Shown: positions 53,592-64,000 of the stretch, one piece after another
How positions within the stretch are numbered: the stretch's first letter is position 1
Layout: each line of letters starts with the position of its first letter
DNA from: Octopus bimaculoides
Taxonomy: Eukaryota
Reading direction: 5' to 3'
Assembly (NCBI RefSeq): GCF_001194135.2
Contig: NC_068981.1
Span: forward strand, 20,335,429-20,399,428
Length of the DNA stretch: 64,000 nucleotides
Made by a program: the position numbers and the translations under genes
The notes under the pieces: model-generated
What the model saw: the letters and a program-made list of their open reading frames with translations, nothing else
Databases searched by the model: none
Told to the model about the DNA's origin: nothing

Positions 53592-54631
53592 GTAAGAGAG
53601 TTAATTGGTTTTTATACAAAACAGAATGAATGACAAGATGCAGTACAGTTTTTACTCAATGACTTCAATATTGATTACCTTCTAATTAGTTGGAGTAGCC
53701 TTTAAACTGGTATTTGAATATAGATGCTATTTTTTGTTGTTTCTAGCTAAATCACAAGGAAAAATTTCAAAGACAAATTTCATCAAAATTCTTTCTGAAC
53801 AGATGTATTCTGTGTTAGAAGTAAATATACCATCAAATTACAGCTAATTATTTCCATGCATGACCATTACCAAAGACTTGTAGAGAATGAAAACTTTAAT
53901 GTAGTTTCAAAGTAGAATATTATGTAAATATGTACAACAGTAAAACTGAGCTCTTTGAGGAGAAATTGTTTGATCATTCCAAACAATTGGTATCCTGTCA
54001 AACCTGATTAGTGAGGCTTATTCAATAGCTATGTTCTTACTTCTCATTTCTACTCATGTTACACAATTTCCTCCACTCTTATTGGGTTATGCTCATTAAA
54101 TCAGAACTGAAGTTCTGTATATCGACCTCTACTATGAACTCTAGTATATATAAATTGATTTTATAGTGTGATAACTATCTCTACTATATGTAGACTGACA
54201 CTATAGCAAGGTGACTACCAATTTATCTTGTCCTGTGGCCTTTATGACTAGTGGTACCATAGATGTTGGAGGAGGAAGATTAGTAATTCAGCAACCAAAA
54301 TGACATTCTTTGGTTGACAGCTGATGAGGATGGATATAGCACGTGAAGAAGTATGTTGTATTATGGTAATGATAAGGATGTGTGTGCCAGCATGGAAAAA
54401 CGAACATAAAATAAATGAATATATATGTGTGTGTGTAGATATATATATATATATATATATANNNNNNNNNNNNNNNNNNNNNNNNNNNNNNNNNNNNNNN
54501 NNNNNNNNNNNNNNNNNNNNNNNNNNNNNNNNNNNNNNNNNNNNNNNNNNNNNNNNNNNNNNNNNNNNNNNNNNNNNNNNNNNNNNNNNNNNNNNNNNNN
54601 NNNNNNNNNNNNNNNNNNNNNNNNNNNNNNN

Positions 54632-54678
<47 letters not shown>

Positions 54679-55689
54679 GGTATACACACACATATTTGTA
54701 TTTATGGGAAACAAGTTTTTTCTAAAGATATTGTATTGAAAATATGACTATGTTCTGATTAAATGTTTTAATTATATTTTCTCATATCTGCATATCAAAC
54801 CCTTGTAATTTGCTTTGAACAAGGAAGCTCCCAAATTCATTTTTATCATCATTTCCAGGATATCACAGCCTTATCTTCAGAATGTGGTTTTGTCTTCTGT
54901 GCTACCCTATACATGTGTGTGTGTGTGTGCATGTATGAATGTGCTTAAATATAAATTGTGTGTGTATGTTTTTTGTTTAGAAAGGACTGGACAGGTTTAT
55001 TTGAGAAGTTTCGCTTAAATATAATTATTACTAAATGATAGCTAACTTCCAAGATTATACATTGTTAGCATTACCCCTTAGGAAGCCAAATGAAATGATG
55101 GTATATACCCATAAGAAATCTAATCACACTCAGCTATTGTTAGGAATTTGGCTGCTGTAAGAAAATTTTCAATTTATCCTCCAATAAGAAAATTACAAGA
55201 AGCTACATAGGAGTAATTTTGGTGACAATATCCTCTCCACCCAAAAAGAAGTCTGGTTCACACTCATAACTTTGACTTCACTATAAATATTGTCAAGAAA
55301 ATCCTGTCTTGTAAATCACTACTTCCCAACTACATATATATATCATAAGCTCCTTAATGAACATAATGAGAAGATGAGCTACTCCTCTCTAAACAATATC
55401 AATTCAAGCTACACACATTATAACTGAAAACACACATCCACATGGTCATAAACATCGTAGCCTATCTTCATTCCTGAAATTACACTACTTATTTGGTGAG
55501 AGGATACTGGTTTTCCAATGCCATTGTGCATACAGTAACATTCATTACACTATGGTATAGTTAAACAGAACTTACAACTAACTATTTCAAAGGATGGTAC
55601 AATTAGCATCAGTATTCCTTTAGTTCTAGATACAAGGTAAACTCCATTTCCCTACCCCCATTGTATCTAGTGGTTCTTGGAGTTAAGAG

Positions 55690-56160
55690 ACCAAGAATTC
55701 AGCAACCCAGTTGCTATAACTTGAGACGTTGACAGAATTCCCCCATATTCTAATCAATTGCATAACAGCAAACACTGCTCTCTGAGAAATGACAACAGAA
55801 GTAATAGATGTGTAATAGATACCCCACCATATTTAAAACATGTTTTGTCAAATTTGTATGGGTGCTTCAGTTTTCTCTAGCACTGCATATCACCAATCAA
55901 TATAGCTCTTGGTCATCTTATTCATGAGATGAATATCTTGAGATCAATTTTCACAATCCTTCAGTCTCCCACTTCCAGAGCTTCCATTCATTTTGAGTGT
56001 TCAGCACTTCTGTACACATTGCATACCTGTACTAGCACTGTCTTGCACATTATACCTAATTCCTCTCAGTTCATTTGTACTCTGTCATTTATGTTCACTA
56101 ACATAACATATCCTGAGGAGCACTCTTGCTTCATTTGTCACTTGTCTTTACAAACAAGAC
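55690..56160 (-). mobile_element. Decayed RTE LINE 3' fragment
   Basis: Minus strand remnants resembling NEA.ML..MC.VS......NELR.LG and W.YAVLEKT, with many stops and frameshifts. Confidence 0.5.
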
Positions 56161-56352
56161 CTTTGTGATCAAGGCCCACGTCTCACTACCATACAGCTTT
56201 ACATGCTAAGGATATATACATACATGTGTGTGTGCATGTGTGTGTGTGTGTGTATGACAAGTGTGGTTTGGTGCCTGAGGTTTTAAAGACTTAGCAGCTC
56301 AGTTTTTATATTATTTCAAAGAACAAATGAAAGCCATTTCCTTCACTTTCAG

Positions 56353-56461
56353 ACTGTCTATTGGAGTGATGTCACAGAACACGCCATTTATACTTCAAAC
56401 CTTGATGGATCAAACAGAAATATTTTCTTAAATGCCTCCCACGGTATAGCAATAGTCGATG
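56353..56461 (+). CDS. LRP-like receptor exon E (YWSD blade)
   Basis: Acceptor cactttcAG, donor GTtggt, phase 0 to 1. TVYWSDVTEHAIYTSNLDGSNRNIFLNASHGIAIVD(G); bridges exons D and F in frame. Confidence 0.92.
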
Positions 56462-57895
56462 GTTGGTATATCTTTGATCTTAATTTTCTTTATCACCCAG
56501 AGTAAATAGTGAAGTCTAAATAAAAGAAATATCTATAACAAGAATAATCTTGATATTTATCTTGAAAACTATTCCTACAAAGCTCAAATTTATTTACAGT
56601 GATGATTACTTGTCTCCAGACATACTTCCTCTGTATTCTTTTCTCAGCCAAATCTATAATTGTTCTCGTCAGTTCATTAACAAATATTATTTGCTTAATA
56701 CAGCCAGATTCTGAATAATTATAGATATTTGAATCAAACCTGATTAATCTTGTATTATTAGTACACCATAACTCTATTAACATGAGTTGATTCAAACTCC
56801 CAGGTGTTCATATATCAGTCAACCTTTCCTCAGCTTAATGTTCACCCTGCCTGATAAAGAAAACATTTTTAAAGTCTAATGATTACTTGATTTCCTTTGA
56901 ATGTAAAGGAAATTTAAATTCAGCAGTGATGTGCTGAGGAACTTTCACCGTTTTATCATACAGTCAATTATTGCAAAATCAATATGAATGTATGGTGTGC
57001 AAACATCACACCTCTAGAGTGCATATCTCTTTAGAATGTTGTGTTCACAAGTGGGAAAATTATTGGTACTGTTTTCTCCAACCTCTATGGCAGAGAACCC
57101 TAAGTTAAGTGCTATTGCCCCCATGGGGACATAACGATCTCATAAAGGAGGTGACAGATGTCAAGTAGGTGCTGGGAACACTGGGTGTTTGGAGGGTTCT
57201 TTTTTTTTTTTAATAAATGAAATATCTAAACTAGGTGAATATTTTTTTTTTAATCTCTGTTGGGACTAAAATACAAAAAACACTGTTATCAGTGAGAAAG
57301 TATTATTTTATCATAAGTTTGAATTAGCCAAGGTCTTGTATGTGAAATTTGGTAGCTGAGAAGTGTGTAGAAGCCCCTTANNNNNNNNNNNNNNNNNNNN
57401 NNNNNNNNNNNNNNNNNNNNNNNNNNNNNNNNNNNNNNNNNNNNNNNNNNNNNNNNNNNNNNNNNNNNNNNNNNNNNNNNNNNNNNNNNNNNNNNNNNNN
57501 NNNNNNNNNNNNNNNNNNNNNNNNNNNNNNNNNNNNNNNNNNNNNNNNNNNNNNNNNNNNNNNNNNNNNNNNNNNNNNNNNNNNNNNNNNNNNNNNNNNN
57601 NNNNNNNNNNNNNNNNNNNNNNNNNNNNNNNNNNNNNNNNNNNNNNNNNNNNNNNNNNNNNNNNNNNNNNNNNNNNNNNNNNNNNNNNNNNNNNNNNNNN
57701 NNNNNNNNNNNNNNNNNNNNNNNNNNNNNNNNNNNNNNNNNNNNNNNNNNNNNNNNNNNNNNNNNNNNNNNNNNNNNNNNNNNNNNNNNNNNNNNNNNNN
57801 NNNNNNNNNNNNNNNNNNNNNNNNNNNNNNNNNNNNNNNNNNNNNNNNNNNNNNNNNNNNNNNNNNNNNNNNNNNNNNNNNNNNNNNNNNNNNNN

Positions 57896-57928
<33 letters not shown>

Positions 57929-57990
57929 ATATAATATAATATAATATAATATAATATAATATAATATAAATAATATATAAATATATGCAT
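57896..57990. repeat. (TA)n/(ATATA)n microsatellite next to a gap
   Basis: Direct reading; follows gap 57381-57895. Confidence 0.9.
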
Positions 57991-58935
57991 ATATATATCA
58001 TAGTAACTTATTACTTTATTTCATTTTGCCATTTTATAAAATCTCTTTATATTATATAAAAACTTATTGTTATTATATTTCCTCTTCTTTTCAAATTTTG
58101 TTTATTTATCATTGTAACTTACCATTACACTGTTTCTCCTCACTACTCTATAAACTCTGAAACTATAATTTTATATTTATATATCAGAGGCATCTGTTAG
58201 TCTTGCAAGACCATGGATCTGTTCCTGGAAAAGCTTGCTTCAATTTTGTTGGCAGAGCAGCATCTGCTGTGATCATACAGACTTACAGGTGAATGACAGT
58301 CTCAGCTGCAGTGACTGCATTTTAAGGCACTATCTGCTAGCCTTATGTGTGTGTATATTCACACCTCCACACTAATAACTTATTACTTTATTTCTTATTA
58401 TTTTATAAGCTATTTTTATGTATCATAGTAACCTTAGTGAAAAAGCATGGCCTAGTCATTAGGAGTGTTGAACTTACAGTCATAAAGTCATGAGCTTGAT
58501 TTGGGGACTAGGCAGTGCATTGTATCCTTCAGCAAAGCACATCATTTTACATTACTCCAGTCTGCTCATCAGAAAATGTGTACCAACAGACATATAACCC
58601 ACTCTCCCTCCAGCTGGCCACATCCTAAATGTTCCACTGAGTCAAGTGCAGTATAATGCAAATAGTGTCTATGTCTCTTCACAACAACATAGGCACCTAA
58701 AACAATTAGCAAAAGTATGATACTAGCTATCAAGTTATACTCACTTGTGAGTAATGGCTAAGTTCAAACAACTTCATGCTACTCTATATGTTTTATTTAT
58801 GTATTATAGTAACCTCAAACTACTTTATATACTGTGTTTATATACCATAAATATATATCACTATTCTATTTCTTCATCACCCTATAACAGGGGTTGACAA
58901 TATAGTAGCTAAAGAATTACTTTCATTTCTCACAG

Positions 58936-59122
58936 GTTTAGCAATTGATTGGTTACAGAGACGTCTGTACTTCACTAACCTTGGTCTAGACTTCCATGGA
59001 GTTGATGGGTCAACCTGTTCTTCTCATACCATTGAGATGATTAGTTTGGATGGTAGAATACGGCAAACCATTATTACTGACTTACAGAAGCCTCGTGGCA
59101 TCACTATTGATAACCAGAATGG
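58936..59122 (+). CDS. LRP-like receptor exon F (YWTD-type blade)
   Basis: Acceptor tctcacAG, donor GTgagt, phase 1 to 2. (G)LAIDWLQRRLYFTNLGLDFHGVDGSTCSSHTIEMISLDGRIRQTIITDLQKPRGITIDNQN(G) has the GLAIDW and KPRGI motifs. Confidence 0.93.
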
Positions 59123-60109
59123 GTGAGTTGTTTGTTTGGTGTATTTTTGTTTGTTTTTGTTTTTGTTTTTTTTGCAATTACTTAAAGAAAGGATCATGTG
59201 TCTGTGCTCCTAGCACTGTATTTGTGTGTTGTTGTTGTTATTAAGCACCAGGTCAACCATAGTCAAGTTGACTTATGATAGCAGGTATTCTAGTCATGAT
59301 CATCTTCTTTTTTTTTTATATATGTAACACTACATTATTTAATGTGTTCTTTCCTTATTGAACATGATAGAATGGAATGTGATTTGAGGAAGATTTGGCT
59401 GCAATTTCTAGCATGTCAAACGATTACATATGGATTCTTTCAGTAACTCAACAGAGGCTCCTTTGTTGTTTTATGGTATGTGAGTGTGTCCCTTGTATGT
59501 GAGTGTGTACATCTTAATGTATCTACACGTGTCTATGTGTGTGGAGGGTCTTTCAACTCTTGATGGAGTTGTAGAAATACTGCTATGAAACACATGTCTT
59601 AAGCATTCATAGACCTGCCATAGCTCATTCCTCTCCAGATCAGATCTCAGCTAATTTTTTCCAGAAAGGCAGATAAACAAACAGAAGGAAGGAGAAATAG
59701 AAAGAAGAGAATAAACTGCAGTACATGACTAGTACTTTATTTATTGATACCAAAAATATAAAAGGCAAAGTTGACTGTGTAATATTTGAACTCTGATCAC
59801 AAAGAGCTAGAATGAATATCACAAGACAATCTATCATGACTTGCCCATTTGGCTACCTTACATATATGTATTTGGAGGGGGTGCAAGTAAAAAGACAATT
59901 GGTACACTGTATGGTTTTCAAAATTAAAGTGTTTTCAGACACTAAAAAAGGAGAATAATCTTTCTTGATACTGTCCCCACTCCAACAATATGTGGTTTCT
60001 GTGAATGACTATCAGAATTTATAAAAGTTGTCTGTTTGTAGTAAGATGGTTAAACTATTTGCTACATCCATTATATTTTTGTCTGATATAGTTGTGAAGT
60101 TCAGTGTCT

Positions 60110-61110
60110 ATCTATGTCTATGTTTATATACCAGGTTGAGTTAAATGTTGTTTCAAGTTTTAATTAATAGTTCAGAAAAATTACATACGTAGAGTGTTTA
60201 TTCATTAAAATATATCCTATTACATTCCATTGTCTGTTGCCATCATTGTGCCAGATGCTCAATTCCATGCTTACACCATTTGGCTGGTTTAGAAGCAGAG
60301 AACTCCCTACACACGTTTTCAACCTCATCCACATTGTTGAATCTCTACCATGCAGGAAATGAGCCATGACTCAGAAAAGGTGGTAATCTGATGGTGCAAG
60401 GTATTTAGATTTTAGGCAAGGTGGGACAGCACTTCCAGCTCCTCAAGTTCCTCAAGTCTGTGCTGAGTTCCTCAAGTTTATGTACACATTGGTAGTGTGT
60501 GCTGGAACATTGTCATGCTCTAGAAGTGTGTGTATTTGACTGACCAATACTGGGAAACAGGCTTCCAAAGCTTCATATACTTGCTGCAGTTGTAAAGCAT
60601 AAAAGTTAGTGTTCACAGTATGACCTTCCATTCAAACCACACTGAACGCCACTAATTTCTCTTACTAGGATTATAGATGCATTTCCATCCCCAGTTACAA
60701 TTTGACACCAGAAACGGGCATCTCAATGATTTTCCAGCAATTGTCTACAAATGTTCACATGTCATTGAACCTGATCATTAGTCAGTTCATGAGGAGTTTC
60801 TTAACTATCTGTTCACAAGGCGAAGCTAATGGAGGTATCAACTGATAGTGCTTTGTAAAGGACCAAGTTCTGCCAACAATATATGAATGCTTGAGCTTGG
60901 CTGTTGCTTAGCTATTTCCAGCAAGGCCTCATCTTCCACAACTGAAGGTCTCCCTGACCTCAGATTGTCATTGAGGTTGATGTCACCTTCTTTGAAATGT
61001 GTGAACCAGTTTTGTACCACACATTTGTTGACAGTTCCTGGGCTTTCCACATCGTTAATTTCTTTTGCTGTCACCCACTTGGTCCTTTTCCCTGCATGTA
61101 GCACAAAATG
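60110..61110 (-). mobile_element. Decayed mariner (DD34D-type) transposase
   Basis: HTH region VVQNWFTHFKEGDINLND..RSGRP (ORF 60838..61104), then IVTGD, TVNTNFYALQL, LLEHDNVPAHTT and YLAPSDYHLF in order, with frameshifts. Confidence 0.88.
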
Positions 61111-61167
61111 GCTCTAATTGTAATTTTTAGATTACTCATTACCAAACCTGTAAAATAAACAATAAAT

Positions 61168-61447
61168 ATTTACCAAACTAGAGAAGAAATTTCAAGTATA
61201 GAAGCAAGGTCTGGAATCAAAGAGCCTTAGAGTTAATTTATCAAAGACCAAAGTATTGATAAGTAGGAAAACAGACAAATCTCAAAAAACCTCAAGGGAG
61301 ATGGCCCTGCTTAATATGTAGAAAAGGTGTCAGGAGAACCTCTATAAGGTGTACCCAGTGCAAGCTATGGACAGCCCTTCAGCTGGTCAGCTTCTGTCAA
61401 ACCATCCAACCCATACCAGCTTGGAAAACAGATGTTAAATGATGATG
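61168..61447 (+). mobile_element. Internally deleted RTE LINE
   Basis: LPKLEKKFQV*KQGLESKSLRVNLSKTKVLISRKTDK..., a frameshifted PHD start (gatggccctgc..tgtagaaaaggtgt..tgcaagctatggaca), then directly the 3' tail (ccatccaacccataccagcttggaaaa..gatgatg). Confidence 0.75.
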
Positions 61448-62564
61448 GTGAAAATAAAGAATAAACAACTAAGCAATGATTGGACAATAAGTTGTATTAA
61501 AGTAATGATATAACATGGAGATGCAAGTTGCTAAAAACCATCAGCAAAAATCAAAAAAATTTTGATTCAACCCAATGTTTGCTTGCACTTCTATGTGTAG
61601 CCTATATTTCTAACAACATGATTCTATTTCTGTGTGTATATATATTTGTGTGTGTTGTGTGTGTGTGTACCTATATGTATATGCATGTGTATGTGTGTGT
61701 GTGTATGAATGCTTTTATATATATATATCTGTATTTGTATGTGTGTTTGTGTGAGGATATATACATATGTACACAAGTGCATGCATGTATTGGGTTAAAT
61801 CTGACTGTGTGTATCTATACCTGTTTATGGCTACACTGTAAGGTTTATTTTAATTCATATCGAAATTGTTGATGACCACATTCTAAAATTCTTTGAAGAA
61901 ATAGTTATTTTAGAATATTTGATTAAATCACAGATTTCCAACTTAATGTATTCTACTACCATATAATAACAACAACAGCAACAACAATAATATGATAGTA
62001 ATAATAATAATAATAATATTAATTCTCTCATTTATTGGTCACAAGAGTCTCATTCATACAACAATATGTTACAGGAGGTTTTATAGGATGTGTCAGAATA
62101 TGCAAATACTGTTATATAAAAACGAAGTGGCTTGCAGAAAGTGTGTTATACAAAATATAAAGACCTTAAAATTTTGAAGCAAATAAATATATACAATATA
62201 TATATACGTGTGTGTGTGTGTGTGTGTGTGTATACAATTATCAATAGATAAATACAAATAAAATTCAAATAAAAACTAATAAGGAAGACCAACACGTTTA
62301 AGAAAATGCCTCTTAGATTGGATTAGAGCAGCTTACAACTCTAACTTCCTCTCCTGATTCTTACATTTGAAGCTTATTTTCTCATCCTCTTTTCACATAT
62401 CATCTACTTGGTCCTCCACCAGGTCATTCAGTAGAATTCATCCATGATGTAAGCACCTTTGAATCCCTTGTAAACCTGAGCAAAGCCTTCTGTTTGGACC
62501 CATTCCCCTAGTGTGCTTTTTTTTTTTAAATATTTTGCCCATTCATTCATACAATAAAATCATT

Positions 62565-62790
62565 CATATGAGGCGGTACCCAAAAGAAACCAGAATTTTA
62601 TATTATTTTATTAACTTAATTTTACATGTTTACACTTTTATCTCCTTCAAAATTTTCTCCATTTGAAGCAATGTATTAGAGTCTAGATGCATTTTCCAGT
62701 GTTCAAAGCAGTCCTGGAACTTTTGTGAAGTGATGCCCATTAACACCTCCATCGTTTTTTTCCCCCACCTCTTCCACATCTAAAAATTCC
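62565..62790 (-). mobile_element. Mariner transposase C-terminal remnant
   Basis: Minus strand F.DVEEV..KTMEVLMGITSQKFQDCFEHWK..YIASNGENFEG; possible TIR remnant atatgaggcggtacccaaaag near 62567-62587. Confidence 0.7.
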
Positions 62791-62794
62791 ATAG

Positions 62795-63126
62795 CCCCAG
62801 CGTGTGTGTATACGATGGAAATCGGATAGTAATGTTCAATGCTGAAAATGTGTATATGTGTGTGCGTGTACTGTGTGATTTTACACATACATGTAAAAAA
62901 AAGTAAAAATACAAGTAAAAAAAATTGGAAAAATAATCCAGAATCCTTGTCTGGTACCAGATTGATCCCAAAATCTAATGAGACCGTGCCAGTCACAAGG
63001 CCAAACATCCCTGAAAGTTTCATCCGAATCTATCCAGCGGTTCTTGAGATATCTTGTCCACGGACAAACAAACAAACAAACACAACTGAAAACAATACCT
63101 CCACCTTTGCTAAGGCAGAGGTAATA
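62795..63126 (+). mobile_element. DINE-1/HINE-like non-autonomous element (5' boundary uncertain)
   Basis: aagtttcatccgaatctatccagcggttcttgagatatc, then ggac(aaac)n, then terminal stem-loop tacctc..ccttt-gct-aagg..gaggta followed by ataa. Confidence 0.55.
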
Positions 63127-64000
63127 AGGGTAATAATAATAATGGTTATTCCCTCTGAGGCAAGTGGTGAGGAGGACATTACAAGGACAATTTACAATCT
63201 GTATGGGGGTTTACATAAAAAAAAGTGATGAAGGGTAAAGAGAAGAATGGAGGCAAATACAGGACAAAATCTTACACAGTATATGAAATATGGGAACACA
63301 TAGATCAGAGTTGATTTGTGGCTAGAAAGCACCACATCACACACACACATTTCCAGTGTATTCTACATGTTTCTTTGTGTACTTGTAAGTGTGTTTGCAT
63401 GTGTGCTTAAACGTGTGTGTTTGCAAGTGTACTTGTATGATTGTATATGTGTGTGCGTGTGTGTGCATGCATGCGTGTGTGTGTGTGTTTGTGTGTGTTT
63501 GTATATGTGTAGGTGTGTCTGTGTGTAATGAAGTGTTAATGAAGGCTTGTTTTCTCTATTCTGTTATTTCTCAAAGAAATTCTCAAACATATACTAAATA
63601 GAATTAATTAATTTAATAATAAATTAATTAATTAAAATAAACACAGAAATTAACAAATATAAGTAATAAAACAAACTGATCATGTAATAAAGAACTGACC
63701 ATTTAAAGAACTGGACAGATGTGACAGAGGTTAGTGAATATGTCACAAGAGTGAGATAAATGACCCTCATACCAAATAATTTAATAATTAAAGAGTTAAA
63801 GAAATAAACAGTGATGATGATGATGATGATGATGATGACAATTATCATCATCATCATCATCACCATCACTATCACCATCATCATCATCATCATTATTATT
63901 ATGAAGGCAGAAACATTAAAGCATTTGAGGAAATGCTTTGCAGTATTTCTTCCAGTTCTTTACGTTCTAGGATCAGTAAACAAAACTAGTAGTCAAGTGC

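Larger units (their letters stand above)
16094..57895. other. Seven assembly gaps (N runs) spread over this span
   Basis: 16094-16244, 17589-18100, 28703-28915, 31478-31843, 52608-52885, 54462-54630, 57381-57895. Most abut microsatellites or TE fragments. Poly-X ORFs over them are artefacts. Confidence 0.99.

Noticed and set aside
56493-56795. 100-aa antisense ORF in an LRP intron
   Set aside because: No recognisable motif; several stop-free runs of this length are expected by chance in six frames of 64 kb.
57065-57185. Possible hAT-type MITE with cagtgtt...aacactg ends
   Set aside because: The left terminus matches poorly and no 8-bp TSD was seen.
58185-58290. Candidate extra exon between LRP exons E and F
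   Set aside because: Exons E and F already join in frame (IVD-G-LAIDW); no frame here resembles a propeller.
63680-63760. + strand LKNWTDVTEVSEY resembling a YWTD blade after exon F
   Set aside because: No polypyrimidine acceptor, stop after a few residues and no usable donor; likely chance.
1194-63893. Numerous His/Thr, Tyr/Ile, Val/Cys, poly-M and poly-X ORFs in the track
   Set aside because: Translations of (CA)n, (TA)n, (TG)n and (CAT)n repeats or N gaps.

Overview
AT-rich, intron- and repeat-dominated animal genomic DNA with 7 N-gaps. The repeat and microsatellite profile suggests a coleoid cephalopod, probably Octopus; this is inference, not proven. The one well-supported host gene is a + strand LDL-receptor-related (LRP-like) protein. 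Six GT-AG exons between 32483 and 59122 splice in frame (990 nt) and encode the end of a YWTD beta-propeller, a 6-Cys EGF module and the first blades of a second propeller; the start and end of the gene were not found here. The rest is mostly transposon debris: three tRNA-derived SINE families (several copies with target-site duplications), RTE LINE fragments (RT, a C4HC3 PHD-like finger, ATG-repeat tails), a Penelope GIY-YIG fragment, a Tc1 remnant, two mariner remnants and a DINE-1/HINE-like element. The best leads are a hammerhead-ribozyme core in the Penelope 3' region, a ~160-bp inverted repeat pair, and two decayed paralogous coding-like segments on the minus strand (9.2 kb and 18.3 kb). 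I found no convincing evidence for a wholly new multi-gene system. All alignments were done by eye, and repeat boundaries are approximate unless a TSD defines them.
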